This document shows positions 1 through 13,934 of a DNA stretch of 64,000 bases, in pieces. Within the stretch, counting starts at the first letter, position 1, and each line of letters begins with the position of its first letter. The position numbers were made by a program, and so were the translations under genes. The notes under the pieces were generated by a model. That model made no database searches, had not been told where the DNA came from, and saw only the letters and a list, made by a program, of their open reading frames with translations. This DNA is from Nymphaea colorata (lineage: Eukaryota), in assembly GCF_008831285.2 (NCBI RefSeq), contig NC_045138.2:36394001-36458000 (forward strand), written 5' to 3'.

Positions 1-555
1 TTTCTGGGCAGCATGATTGCTTGGGCTTAGTATGCTGCTGCTGATGGTGGATTTAATGCGGTCAGATTTACCTTACGAGTATTGGGGTTCTTCGGGTCTT
101 GGTGAGAGCTGAGATCTTATTGAGCTTCTCTTTTTCCTTGAGGTCCTCCTTGGAGAGTTTAGCCTAATAAAGATTAGGCTTTGATTGATTTGTTGGTGGG
201 TTTTCTGCTTGTCGTCTGTGGACTTCGTCCTTCATTTGCTCTTTCTCTGTTGGTGAATTTTGGTCGGGTTTTGCTTTGGGGGCTGTGTTCTTTGGGGTTG
301 TATGTGGTTGTGAGATGATAATGGTGGCGGATTGACCGATGGGTAGTAGTGTGCGTTGAAGATGGTAAAACGGACGCATTCGGAATGCAGAGCTTCATTC
401 CTTCTCTGGGGGCGGCATATTCTCTGTAATTTTTCATTCCCACCAACCTTCTTAGTTTTCAGTTTTCGTTTCTTTTTGAAGAGGAATGGTACCTTGTCTC
501 ATACTGGCCTATGATTAGTTTTTTAAGAATTTTTCATCTTGTTGCATTGTGGGTA

Positions 556-3500
556 ATGGTAGCCTCAGAAGAAGAGCTTGCAAAGAATCGTGTAAAATGG
601 AGCTTTTCTCCCTCATCTCCTCTTTTGTCATGCTCGAATTCTATGTATTTCATACCAAGAGCCTTCGTAGCCTGCCACCTTCTGTGCTCCTTTTGCCATT
701 TTTTTTAATGCTGTTGTATCTTTTCTCGTTTCTACTTCTATCCGAAGCTGAATTCCTAGTCACCTCTTCTGTTTTCGACTTTTGTCTTGTTCTGAATCTG
801 TGGTACTTCATGTTATGATCATACATCGGTAATACATGTTTTGATTAATCTAAGAGAACATTTCAGCAGAGTTCATGCAGACTTAATTCAACTGATTTTT
901 CCCAAAAGTCTTGATTCATATGCTTCAACTGCCCGTTGCATAGAGTTTAGAGGTTTACTGTCAGTTACTCACTTCCATCTGTCAATTTCATCTTTGATCC
1001 CCTTTTGCTGGCTTGCTTATCTTATTTGCATTCCTCAGTGGCGCAGAGGGGAACCGTGGCCATTCTCGAGCTGCTGATGTTGTGATTCTCGAGCAACCAG
1101 ATGGATTTCGTTCAGAGGATGTAGCTTGTACGCACTTCAAGCCATTTTCTGGTTTTTACATTCACTGTATTTTCTCGAATATCTTTTTGAGATGTATATT
1201 TGGAAAGAATAAGTGTCATGGAAGAAGCACAAAAAATCAAGTTATTTTGTGTTTTCTTTCTACACATTTGTGCATGCAAGTGCTTTGAATAAGTATGTGG
1301 GCAAGTGACGGAAATGGAAGCAGTTAATGGCCTTTGTGAAGACATCATTCAGAAATCAGGCTAGAATTGGAGTTCCATCTTCTCCAATACTTGTAGGAGT
1401 TAGTGGCCCAAAGAAGGCAGAGAGCAGTACTTATAGAATCTGGTTTCTTTGTTGTTAATTCCCCAATTTCACTTTTGCAGACCCTTATTATAATCCAAAG
1501 TCAGGGAGCCCTAGCATCACCTCTGATTCTTATCAATTCGGAAGTTCGAATAAGGTGTGCAGAGTCGTCCATTTAAGCATTAAAAAAGTGTATTTATTTT
1601 TACATTTTTTGAGTATCATTATTGAATTTGATATGTTGACCAATCAGACATCTCCTTCAAGCAACACTCCTTCTACAGCTGCCATTGGGTCTCATTGTTT
1701 ATCTGCACAAAGAGGACGACAGGCTAGTCTTGGTTCTAGCTCCAGTGCACAATTGGACAGTTGGGGAGAATCCACAATGGCAGATACCAGTCCTCGCACT
1801 GATACGTCAACTGATATTGATCCTGATGAGAAGAATCAACGGGTGATGTTGCTACATTCAGTTTGTCTGGTGTCACTGTTAAGATGTTTCTTGTATTTCT
1901 TTTTCTTGTCATTGACAAGTTCTTTTTGTCCTATATAATCAGGTTTCATGGTCATAATTCTTCATACAAGGGATTAGTATCTTCTATCTAGTTCCGTAAA
2001 CATTGGAGTAATGATTTTTTGTTCATATAAAATATCAGTAGCTGGTTGCACAACCTGGAAAAAAATTAAGATGTTTTCTTGATCTGTATCTTGACCATAT
2101 ATGCTTTATAATTTTGCTGATGATGTAATAAATGTCTTCTAGCAATTGTTCACTTCTCAAACTGAATTTACAAAGTGTACGCTGTAGGCTCTTATCAATT
2201 TCTTTGTGAAAATTTTCCCTCTTCTTTCTTGTTCTTGCTATGGTTATGGTTATTTAGCTTTTCTGGTTAAAAAATTACATTCTTTTAGTGGTATGGGTAG
2301 GTCAAAATATGCACTTTCACGAGGAACCCTAGTTTCATGGCCTGTGAAAATAGTTAGGAGCTTGGAAAACTTCAGGTTGTTTAACTGTGATTTTGTATAA
2401 GAGACTCATTAGTCATGGAGGGGAATACTATTCTATCTTATAAGTTTATAACCACATTCTCACAAAGTTCTAATGGAGAAATTTAAGTTACTAAATATAG
2501 GGCTGATTTAAAAGATTAGTAATTAAATAATCCTGTTTGGAGAAGTTTTGTGAATGCCTAAGGCTAGTCGTTCCTCTTACCTTGTCCACAAGGACATCAT
2601 GATAGGAGGAGAAACAACGGAGGAGAGTACTTGTCTATATTGCTCTTATGTAGTTTTACAATGTGTTTTATGTCGCATATTTTATCATTTAATATACTGT
2701 ATTAGGTTGAGTTTATGCCGCCTAGTCACAGCCAACGCTTTTTTTTCGAAAAAAACCCAAAAAAAACACAAAAAACTAGCCGTTTAAAACTAAAAAAAAA
2801 GGCGTTTTTTTTTAAATGTTAAAAACAAAAAACGTGTTTTTAACGCAATTTTTTCAGTTTTTTCATTTTCTATTTTTTATTTGCTGCAAATCTATTTATC
2901 TTTTGATGTTTGTGTCATTAGTTTCACTTATTTTATTTTTTCCTTATTTTTAGTTTTTTAAATTTTTAAAAATTTACTGTATTTTAAATTTTTCTTGTTT
3001 TTTTCAGGCTCGCCATTTTATACCCGAGAAAAACTTGGCTGTTTAAATCTCCGAGACGTTATTTTTTACTATGGTTTATGGTATAGGTCTCATTACATAT
3101 GTTATGGTGCAATACGAGGTTTTAACATGAAAAATTGAAAACATATAATGGTCACCAAAAAAGTTCTTTTGTGATTTAAGGTTATATAAATTTCTTAAGG
3201 CTGAATAGTAAGTTCATTATGAAACGCATTATTACACATTTGAAGTAAGAAAAAGGTATATTTTATGAACGATTTTATTCAATAAAATTGGCATTTTCAC
3301 GTTCTTGGATAAGAGCTTGTGTCTTTCATACAAAATAAAAAATTTTGAGTTCTTATGACTATTAAGTTGTTTAAAAACTCTATCGAGTAAGTGGCGTACA
3401 TAATAAAAACCTATTTTTTTATACCCATTAAATATCAACTTTAAGTGCTCAATTTCGATCATTTTCTGAAAGCGTGCATGGGGTAGGGTTTGTATATTTG

Positions 3501-6500
3501 TCACTTTTTTTTTATGTTTATGCAATTTATGTTTTCTCTTGAAGAGACATTTTCCTATTTTCTTATTATTGTGCATTTTTTGTACTTTTTTATTTTTATG
3601 TTTTTTTAATATTAAAAAATAATCTGTGATTTTTTATGTTACATTATGTATCTAGCTTTGGACCCTACCATTTTATGTCTCTTACAACATCGGTTTTACT
3701 TTTTCAAACATCTTCTTGAAGATTACATTACCTCTGACAAAGGTAGCCTATTAAGACACATACCATTGTGCCTGCCAAATGATAGAACTGGTCCTGTAAA
3801 TTGGAAAAACCACGGGGCCATTTTGGATGACATCCCAAAACTAATTTTGGAGGTAAAAAAAGGTTTTGCTCCGTTTCAGGCTCGTTTGGTGATACAAAAA
3901 TATGAGTTTTTTTTTGCCAAAACTCATTTTTAGTGAAACCTGTTTTTCCAAAAGGGAGTGAATAACCTGTCACCTCGAAAAGATGTGTTCTGGTCCTATT
4001 ACCCAAACATTTATAAAATTTGCTTTCATAAAACCAATTTTTTTTATAGTGTCATCCAAATGCTACCTACAACAACATCACTATATCTTGTTATATGCAC
4101 ATTATACTTCATGCTATAATAAATGGTTTCCTTTTTATGCTATAAGTTAGATTTCTTAGGAGCAGTAGCTAGATAAGATGGCTTGCATTCTTGTCCTTGC
4201 AGTCAGGACGTGCATTACTATCCTCTCTCAAATTAGTTTGTGCATTTTAAAGGGAGTATTTGCATGCGTGCTGTAGCATGAACTAGGTTTTCAAAATATT
4301 TTCTCCCCTTTTCCTTTTTCTCATCTTTGTGTTTAAACTTGCTTGTTGCTGATTAACTTTGTCTTGGAACAGATTGATGGTGGCCAATTGGGGGCTGCTG
4401 GGCCATCTGATTCCAGTGATAGGTCCAAGGAGAAATCAATGGATCAAAAGGTCATGATTCACTTTACAATGTCATCAGTTGGATATTTTTTGCCTTTCAC
4501 TTTGTTGAAGTTTTACATTCCGCATTAGTTTTGCAGACGCTTCGAAGACTTGCTCAAAATCGTGAAGCTGCAAGAAAAAGCCGGTTAAGAAAAAAGGTGA
4601 ATCTATAGTTGGTTATCAGTCCCCATTATATCAGCAGTATCTGGGCTATTGATTTTATACTCTTCATGGCAATGACTATCCCGGGGGATGTGCTTCCTGT
4701 TGGTTGACTGTTGAAACCTTTTGGAACTGTGGATACTTGATCACTTTGAGGGATTCACGTAGTAATGTTTACATTGGTAGCCACCAAAATATCTCTTGAG
4801 TTAGGATCTGCCTAACTTTGACCGACTGGGCAGTTTTTTCTTGACATAGCAGAATTGTGATGGAACATTGTTGTAGGACAAATATCCCGAGTCATCATGA
4901 GTTGCGAGGCGACGAGAGGGGCTTACCTTTTCCGTTTCAGTATTTGACAGAGACAAATTAATATCCGTTGGCAAGCATATTCTGGGACGCTAACGTTCCA
5001 CTCATTTGAATCCAATCATGTTAAGTGTGAACCTCCTACGAAGTCTGTCATATTTTTTGTAGATTGAAATTTGAAATTTTACACTAGGACAGGTTGTTTA
5101 TTTCACTTCAGATGCAGTAATTTTTTAATGAACAACTAGAAGGTTTAGAAATTTTTAATGGGCATTTTCTCATCTGGAAAGTGAAGGAGAGATAGGGACT
5201 TGAATCATTTGATAAGGTCATTTTCCATTGTTGGTGAAGTTTTCTTTGGAGCTGTTCATTTCCTTTTCCATCTCACTTTGGACCCTTCCATTTTATTTGT
5301 GTCATTTGTTTGTCCCTGTTGTAGATAGTATTGGAACCAGAATGCTGCATGACTTCCTAGTCTGGGTTTATAGAATTTTAGATAGTTAGGTTACTAATAA
5401 TTACCTTTTATCCTGTGAATGCATGAATTCAGCAAGTGCAACAGAATTTTAGGTAGTTGGTTTGCTGATGACTGTCCTTTTTGTGCCGTGAAGGCATATG
5501 TTCAACAACTGGAAAGTAGCAGGCTGAAGCTCACACAGCTTGAGCAGGAGCTCCAAAAGGCTCGTCAACAGGTAGGTTTATTTCCTGGGATTCTCCATAC
5601 GTAATTTGTCAATGAAATGTGTTGGACCAAACTATATTAGTAAATGGTATTCATCTCAAACAGTTTAATGTGGATATTGAGCTTTTTGCACCTCGCTGAG
5701 TACATTGTTGTCAACTTTCTTATTGGATGGCTTTTTCATTTTTGTCTTCCTAATCATTGTTTTTAACTTTCTTATTAGATGGACTTTTCATTTTTGTCTT
5801 CCTAATCCTGTCATCTGAGAAATTCTTATTCTACTTTGTAGGGGATATTCATTTCGAGCTCAGGCGATCAAAGTCATTCGATGAGTGGAAATGGTACCAC
5901 TATCACACTATGTGCTGATTCTCTTTTAAACTAGGCATTGGAGGAATTTTTTGATATTGGCGTTTTAGGCTTTTTATGCATTCGTGGTACAAGATCCCTT
6001 ACAGTTAGCTGGTCGTCCTGTTTTGGCTGTTGTATGGTGCGTGCGTGTGTGTGTGTGTATGTGTGTGCATGTGGAAAAGAATTTCAAAGGTAAAATGTAA
6101 CTGTTTGCCTGTGTTTTTGATGGAAAGACCAGTGACAGCGGAACTTTGTCATACATGTGATGCTGTTATGGAAGTTGCTACAGTATTGTCTGCATAGTTT
6201 GCCTTTTGATTTATTCAGAAGAACCTCTCTGTATACAGGCTAGAAAGATTGGGCTTGACCTTTCTTTTTTCTGCAAATGTTTCTAAAAATTTGTCCATAT
6301 ATTTATGAATTCTACATCATACAGGTGCCTTGGCCTTTGACATCGAATATGCGCGATGGCTGGACGAACATAATCGCCAAATTAACGAACTAAGGGGTGC
6401 TGTAAATACCCATGCGAGTGATAATGATCTTCGAGGCATTGTTGATGGCATCATGGCCCATTACGATGAGATTTTCAGGCTCAAGGGCATCGCCGCTAAG

Positions 6501-7650
6501 GCTGATGTCTTTCATGTGCTATCAGGCATGTGGAAGACTCCAGCAGAAAGGTGTTTCTTGTGGCTTGGTGGATTTCGTTCATCTGAACTTCTCAAGGTGA
6601 GCATTAAGCTTCCTGGTTCTTTTTAAGACTTGTACGAAAATTAGTTTTCAGAAGAAGCTTAAAAGAACTTTTCAACTTCCTGGTGAAATAGCACTTGTTT
6701 ATGCAGCTACTCTTGACACACCTGGAGCCTCTAACGGAACAGCAACTGGTGGGTATTTGCAACCTACAGCAATCATCACAACAAGCAGAGGATGCACTAT
6801 CCCAAGGGATGGAAGCTCTGCAACAGTCACTTGCAGAGACCCTTGCAGGGTCTCTTGGCCCTCCTGCGTCATCATCTGGCAATGTTGCTAACTACATGGG
6901 CCAAATGGCTGCAGCCATGGGTAAACTCGGGACGCTTGAGAATTTCCTCCGGCAGGTATGCATAATCATTAAATTGAAGATATTGCTCACGTTTCCATGT
7001 CCTGTACTTCTATCTAACCTGTTTTTATTCTAGAATATCATAATAAATACTTTGAACTTTGAAGTACATCCAAATCTTTTGTTTATTGAATCAGGAAAAA
7101 ATGCTTTTATCGGAAGGTATCATGAATATTTTGCAGAAATACCTTCTTTTTCGCGCCCTGATATTTATATTTTGTCAACCTTTTCCTTTTTTTTTCTTTT
7201 ATGTTGCATTTGATAGCCATTAAAAAGGTGTGTTTTAGAACCGAGGATCTCTGTAATGTAGATTTAAAAACAGTGGATTTAAGGTTGGATTGTTGTGGAG
7301 GTGGTTTCGACCTTAAATCCACAGATCTGACATCTATGTCTAAAGAAACACGACCTTAATATTTTGTGAGCACGAACATGGAAAATGCAAACCTCGAACA
7401 TGGAAAATGCAAACCTTGGATCTTGTTAGCTCTCATTTTCCCACCTGAGTAAATCAGGTTGTTCATTTGGTACTCACGGGATACCATTTTGACTCATTTG
7501 CAGGCCGATCATCTCCGGCAGCAGACCTTGCAGCAGATGCACCGGATATTGACGACCCGTCAATCTGCACGCGCCCTGCTTGCCATCAGTGATTATTTTT
7601 CGCGGCTACGTGCCCTCAGTTCGTTGTGGCTAGCTCGTCCAAGGGAGTAA
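556..7650 (+). CDS. TGA: TGA-class bZIP transcription factor (TGA2/clade II-like, bZIP + DOG1 domain), ~460 aa, 11 coding exons
   Basis: Exons 556-644, 1039-1127, 1481-1554 (these three less certain), 1648-1842, 4373-4450, 4537-4596, 5494-5571, 5842-5893, 6325-6596, 6707-6955 and 7504-7650. All introns are GT-AG and frame-consistent (1383 nt). Motifs: WGESTMADTSPRTDTSTD, basic region TLRRLAQNREAARKSRLRKKAYVQQLESSRLKL, DOG1 domain WKTPAERCFLWLGGFRSSELLK, C-terminus RLRALSSLWLARPRE*. Confidence 0.93.
7225..7357. mobile_element. Small MITE-like inverted-repeat element in the last TGA intron
   Basis: Ends AAGGTGTGTTT ... AAACACGACCTT followed by AA. Internal perfect inverted repeat GTGGATTTAAGGT / ACCTTAAATCCAC. 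Resembles Tourist-type MITEs. Confidence 0.45.
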
Positions 7651-8499
7651 TCTATTAGTTCCAGCTTCTGCCGGGAAGAAATTGAGAAGCATTTGCTTGG
7701 TCGGTGTTGTGAACCCAACTCACAATTGTCACTAATTGAGAAGCGATCACAGTTGCTAGTGAATGTGATGTTGCTGGCATTGTCGGCTCACAAAGTTCTC
7801 AGAGACCAGATTTGCATGCTTATTATTTGTCAGAGAGAGAGAGAGAGAGATGATAACCCAGGAAGTCCAGCAGGTTGAGTTGTGCAGGGAAAGATTAGGT
7901 GTTAATTGATCTGTAGTGGCAATGGTGCTTGTGGGAACTCTCACAGCTGTGTTGTATGTTCGTATTTCATGCTAAACACGCATTAACGACGTGAACTATG
8001 CAGGTGTGCAATGTAGAATCCAGTCACATCTCTGGAAGTCCTCGTTTTAACTTTAAATTTAGGTTATCTCGGAGATCTAGTAATATAATTAAGAGCATTA
8101 AGGATATTGTTGAAGAATTGAGAAACAATAATCTGCAAAATGCAGAGCTTTTTTTATCTTGCTACATAATTGTTATGAAAACGACACATCGACTGCCCAT
8201 AGGAAAAATGCAAACTAACCTATGATATCAAGATCGCCACACGTAACGGGCTTGTCAAGTAGCTGGCATTGCATCAATAATAGTAGAATCAGTTTAAATA
8301 AATATTCCCCACCCATTTTCATATGCGGTGGTTCGGCAAGTAACCAATGTTAATGGGATTTCGTGAAGAAGAGTGAGGCGACGAACAAGAAGCCCCCAGA
8401 CTTGAAAAGAAATGTTGAGACTGGTTTTACAAACTGAAAGAGAAGTCATACAGATTAAAAAGCACTATAAATGGGTGACAAAATGATAATAATAATCCG

Positions 8500-9840
8500 G
8501 AAGTACCTGCGGGCGCATGAAACCGCTCTTGTTCCCCTGAAGTTCTGAACCCGCGGGTTGTGTATGAGGCTTTTCCAGTAGCTCTTGATTGAAATGGAAC
8601 GCCATGAACGCATGCAAATCAATAGAACTACTGCCCCGCTTCTCTTAGAATTCAAAGCATCACTGCCTTCGTTTTCTTCGCATTCACATTCCTTATGACA
8701 TGCCTCGTCCAAAATTACACGCAAGTGACGCAACTACTCCATCTGCTTTACTGGGGACATTGGATTATCAAACTCCGCACTCCGCAGTGTAAGTCGGGAA
8801 CACGACGTCGAATTTCCTTAGCTTTTCTGCTGCCTTCGCTCTTTGTCCATGATACAAATAAACCTTCAAACTACCAGTCTTAGTGTGCTCTTCCCACTGT
8901 GTTATCCACGACGAAATGACAGTTTGAGGGCATACCACCAGCATGCTCTTTGGTCCATCAATATTCTGCGACTTTTTACAGTCGGTGGAAATTTCGGTGC
9001 ACCATTACTCAAATCATTGCCTCCCGCTCCGGGAACTTGGTCGTCCAATTTTTCCTTACTTCCCAAAGCTGTGCTTCGAGATTTCCGTTTCCTACCCGAA
9101 GTAACGATTTTCTTGTCCACTTTTCCATTTCGTTCGCCACCCACAAACTGCTGTTCCATGCCTGTTCGTTGCGCTCAACGAGATCAACATCGGTGTTTTT
9201 GCCAATCCAATTTCATCAGCAAGAATCCCTCCTCGAAATGGCTCCGGCCTCTCGTCGGTCCGGTAACACATCAACACATTTCTGAAAACCTCCCCCCTTT
9301 CTTTTACCAACATCAACCTCCACCCGGCAAGGAGGTAATTCCGACGGGTTGTCCCTATGAACTAGCCACCCTAAGCCTAAGTTCTGGACTTCTGGTGCAG
9401 GAAGATAGGAGCTACGATCGCCTCTGATGGCTCCAAAAGCCTCTCCGCCGCTCCAACGAAGCGAAAATATCGTCGTTGGTCCCAACACCCTCTTTACGTT
9501 TTTTTATCCCGGACGCTGGCAGATTCGGAGAGAGCAAACGCAGGGTGAGCGTGGGAGACGACACTGAGGCCTCCCTCTGCAAGGGCATCGTCAACGGACT
9601 CCGGAGAGGAAAGATGAGTATCTGGCGAGGGACCCTGATGGGGTTCCTCAACTTGGGGTTTTTTGGGTTTCTAGGATTAGGGTTTTGGGGCACGATTTCG
9701 AGAACGGAGATCAGCCTTGCTCCCGCACGAGGCACACCATCTCCCGACTGGAGTAGTACTGGAGGCCGACGATGTCGGCGGTTAGAAAACCGGCGAGGTA
9801 GGTACCGTCCTCGCCGGGCGGGCGACTGGAGCTGGCACCT
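8500..9840 (-). pseudogene. Degenerate HIRAN + SNF2 helicase (HLTF/SMARCA3/RAD5-like) pseudogene, 5' part only
   Basis: Minus-strand pieces in shifting frames and in the expected order: YLAGFLTADIVGLQYYSSREMVCLVRE (HIRAN start), GLGWLVHRDNPSELPP, RPEPFRGGILADEIGLAKT (SNF2 motif I), MLVVCPQTVISSWITQWEEHTKTGSLKVYLYHG (motif Ia), and SPVKQME*...RVILDEA (motif II). It has multiple frameshifts and stops. No RING or HelicC exons were seen. Confidence 0.85.
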
Positions 9841-11847
9841 TCTCCCGTTCTGGAATCTTTCCTCGGGATGGTGGGTGTCGGGTCATGGTTGCCGCTGCTG
9901 CTAGTACGAAAAGGATGAGAAGACGGAGAGTTTCATCTCCTCCCTCCCTCTGCATTTTTGTAATCGGGAGAGAACCCACCGACTCCAACAGACCAACTCC
10001 GGGAGCCAAGTGTTTGTGCGTGTATTCTGACTGCTGAGGGCTATAACGACAAAATCAGATCACAAAGTTATTTAAGACATGTAAAAAAATAAAATCTTCT
10101 TAAATGGAGGCCCTCATGATTTAAATATGTCAAGACTACTCCTACTCAAAATCACGTATATCACATTCGTATGGTTAAATCGAAGAAACATGATGTGAAA
10201 ACAAGAAATGGTGGCTAAACTCAATAATTATGCTTCTTATAATGATGCAGGCAGAATTAACATAACTTTTTTTTTTTTGGGGTTGTAAATCGTGTTTCAA
10301 ATCGTGATTACTTGAAACTGAAATTATGACCTTTAGCCCATTAAATTTTGAGATATTGTACTTGTTTATTTTGGAGGTCCATGAGATTCTTTTTTCAACT
10401 TGAAGTAATACGTCTCAGAAGTTTTCATTTGTTAATAAAATACGCGAAACTCATTCGCTTCATCACTTAATTGAATGATTTTATAGTGTTGCACCACATT
10501 CAATATACGTGTGAACAATCACTTGGACAATAGTTTAAGGCTCACAACTTGAGTTGCTTTGATACCAATGCCAATCTTTTCCTGGTCATGCTTTAGGCCT
10601 CCTTTAATGGGCAGGAAAACTATTGGTTTATCGAGGAAAAAAATCCTGACTTGTATGGATTTACCATGCTTTTTTTTTTACCACAGACAATTTTTCCGTC
10701 CATTGGGGTTTGGTTCAGACGCTTTCTCTCTCTTTGAGTTGCTTGCAGTGCCTGCCATGGAGTTGAGGGAGAGGGAAAGAAGAGGATCGGTGGTTGAGAG
10801 AGGGAGAGGGATGGTGTGCTGAGGGAGAACGAAGTTGGTATATAGAGGGAAGGCGAAGACGTAGTTGGATTTGGGAGAGACGGCGGGTTAGAAAGAGAGA
10901 GGATGAAGGGAAGGAAGAACAACGCAGAAGAGGGAGGAGAAGAAACGATGAGAGGTGAGACTTCATAGGGTTTCTTGAAGTTGATGCCCTCAATTCCTTT
11001 CTTACAGCAAGCTCTTTGGGTTGATTGCTTTTTGCTCCGTCTTTCTTCCTTTTGTTTATCTACGTTGAGGATATTGGTTTCTTATCAGGGCGGGGTGGTT
11101 CTTTTGGCTGCGCTGGTTGTTGTATGATATCTCAAGGACTACTTCGTTTCTTTGAAACGAATCTTGTATTTTTTGTTACATTTGTCCCGGAATTTTTTAG
11201 CCTGTCCGCCTGGATATGGACGTTTCTCCTTGCTGCTTGCTGCTGTTGTTGATGTTCATCTTCCATTTGTCTATGTCTTCTTCAATTCCCTTTTTTTTTT
11301 GTTGCCCCTAGAATTGATCGTCCTCGAGAAATATTTGTCAGTCATAAATTGGCGGTAAATTTTTCTTGTGCAACCAACACAAAGTTTTTTTTTTTTTTTG
11401 TTTTTTCTAAAAAAAAACTTCAAAGCCATCAAACATGGTCTGGGTTTGGAAAAAACAAAATTTTACCCTCAGTAGACTTTTCCTCAAATTTGTAACATGG
11501 AAAGTTTACCACTCAAGTAACGCTACCATAGAGATCAATTATCACTCGACCAATCCGAAGGCTCAATCTTGAGTCTTCAAATGCATGAGTGAAAAGATTA
11601 TGCCTGTCAGCGAGATTAGCGTCACTGATGTCCGTATCGGAGTGAGGAGTGAGAAAATTATTGCATTTGCCTAATGGTAGTACTGTCATTCAACCATTTA
11701 ACCGGACCATTTGATCCAATACGATAAAAGACAGTAATTTATATTTTTTTATTATTTCTTTTCAAATCATGTTTCTGCTTTAAATGAACAGTATTGGTGA
11801 GAGGCCTCTGGGATTTTAAATCACCAGATATCATTCATTTAAGTTTT

Positions 11848-11921
<74 letters not shown>
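11848..11921. repeat. (CA)n(TA)n microsatellite
   Basis: Direct reading: a short CA run followed by a long TA run. Confidence 0.95.
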
Positions 11922-11924
<3 letters not shown>

Positions 11925-13251
11925 AATAATGACATTCTTTAACTAAAGTTACTCAGCCAACTAATCAAAGTGACCTATTTGAAGGAGATAAATGATTGAA
12001 AAAAAAAAGTAAAAAAAAATGTTGCTATCACATTTTTGTTTTACTACTCATCATGATAAATTGAGATCTTGGACGCGGAAAAGTAGACTTTTCATTGTGT
12101 ATATATATTTATACATATAGATTGACAATACCAAATTTGTGAAAAAACGTATCATGAATTTCTTTTATATAAAAGTTTTAAAAAACATGAATTAAGAAAA
12201 AAAAGGTTGTTTGGTCCAACGGCTGAAGAACAATAGGTAGATGAGATGAAGGGCCAGCGTTCCTGTCGAAGGGTGTCGTTCAACCCAATGAATGTCCCAT
12301 GTACGTCCTGAACATCTTGAAGGAGGATATGACCTGTCGGTATTTGCGCACCGATACTGTCAGCATCATAACAGTGTCTCAATCAAATAAGATTTAAGAA
12401 CTTGAATTCAATCGAATCGGCTAATTCATCGATTCAGCAGAATCAGATGTGAATCGGAAAAAAATTGACCATATTTTTTTTTAAATACATATAAGAATTA
12501 CAAATAGGATGAAGAGCTCACACGTGACGACTGATCCCATTAGATGGACTCCTTAATCAGGCTGATTTCTACATCAGAAACTTACAAACATATAGTTACT
12601 TTACAAATTATTAAGTAATGGCCATTAGATGACTGAATCAGCCGATGTTATCAAGGATGCATGTATATATATATGATAAAATTGTATTGAATCAATGCAT
12701 GTTTTGTCCTAAATTAGTATTGGTAAGCATATGTAGACAAGTTTATTTTGTTTAAAATAATTTTCGAACAAGAACTAAAGTACTTTACTTTTTGACTCTA
12801 ACCTAATAATTGGTAGAAAGTGATAGACACGGAGAGACGGCCAATTAAGTGGAAATATATTAAGAAACAATGACGAGTGGCAAGTTGTCGCCCTGTAGAA
12901 GAGATGCCAAAAGAAAAGAAAAGAAAAATATACACAAAAGTGAAACATAGAGGGCATGAGAGAGGGCTCTAATGATCAGCAGAAAGATGCAAGCGGCAGG
13001 TTGAGGTGCAAGTTGGTAATCTAAGGAGTAACGAGAGAGAGCGAATGAGTTGAGATGGATGCTGGATCATTTCTGAAGTTTAAAAATAATTCAAAACATT
13101 CTGAATTCTCGTTTAAAATGAAAAAGAATAAACAATTCAAAACATTCTGAATTATCAGTGAGCAGACTGGCACTCTGGAGGAGAAAGACTTTAACAAGCT
13201 TTTTTCGTTCCTCTACATTCTTTTGTGGGGTTTCTTTAATTCGGTGAGCAG

Positions 13252-13453
13252 AACTTGTTCTCTGCGGGGACGGACACATCTTCCAGCATAATAGAGAGGG
13301 CCATGGCTGAGTTGCTCTACAATCCGGCGATCCTCAGGCGGAGATGGACGGCGTGATAGGGAGGGACCGGCGGCTGGAGGAGCCCGACATACGCCGGCTG
13401 CCATACTTCCAGGCCATATGCAAGGAGACTTTAAGAAAAGCACCCCTCCACCT
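13252..13453 (+). pseudogene. CYP75A exon-3 relic (collapsed fourth copy)
   Basis: CAG acceptor then [29 protein letters not shown] / [30 protein letters not shown]. It carries a W>R change and a 10-nt frameshifting deletion between two CTCAGGCG octamers, and is truncated before the heme motif. Confidence 0.9.
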
Positions 13454-13934
13454 GGAGCTGGCCAAGCTGGAGGACCATCCCCATCGGCGCGGGCCATTAT
13501 TGCACGGACCGACCGACTGAAGCTGATGGACATTATTGCGGGGACCGAAGCTGTTGGAATTTATTGCATAAAAAAATCTTCAGACGACGCGAGTAGCCGG
13601 ATGAAGCTTTGATGCCAAAGAGATGGATCGAGTTGCATGCCACTTTTGCTAGAAAAGAAAAATCAAATGGAAACGTGTGTTGCTAGAGGCCGAGGCTACA
13701 AACTCAGTCATCATTCGTCCCGGATGGACTTTATTCCGCAAAAAGCTGATCACTCGTCTTTTGTTTCTCATAGTTTCTGAATGCATACATGTTTTTAAAG
13801 GGTCTCATGATTCCCTACTAAAACTTTTCAAAAGCATGACTTAGAGAGAGAAAAAAAAAGTAGAAAGTTGGGTAGTCCAAATTTCCAACCGCTGTCTGTT
13901 CTTGAAGATGTTCCGAAGAAGAGGTAGATGAGGT

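Noticed and set aside
2720..3075. A/T-tract-rich intronic block (similar style at 58640-58925) as a non-autonomous DNA transposon
   Set aside because: I could not define convincing TIRs or a TSD by eye.
5713..7416. Small intronic tandem duplications (~52 bp at 5713-5807, 22 bp at 7373-7416)
   Set aside because: These are ordinary slippage duplications with no sign of function.
8843..9904. Plus-strand ORFs of 194 aa and 142 aa
   Set aside because: They are antisense to the SNF2 pseudogene and have no recognisable motifs.
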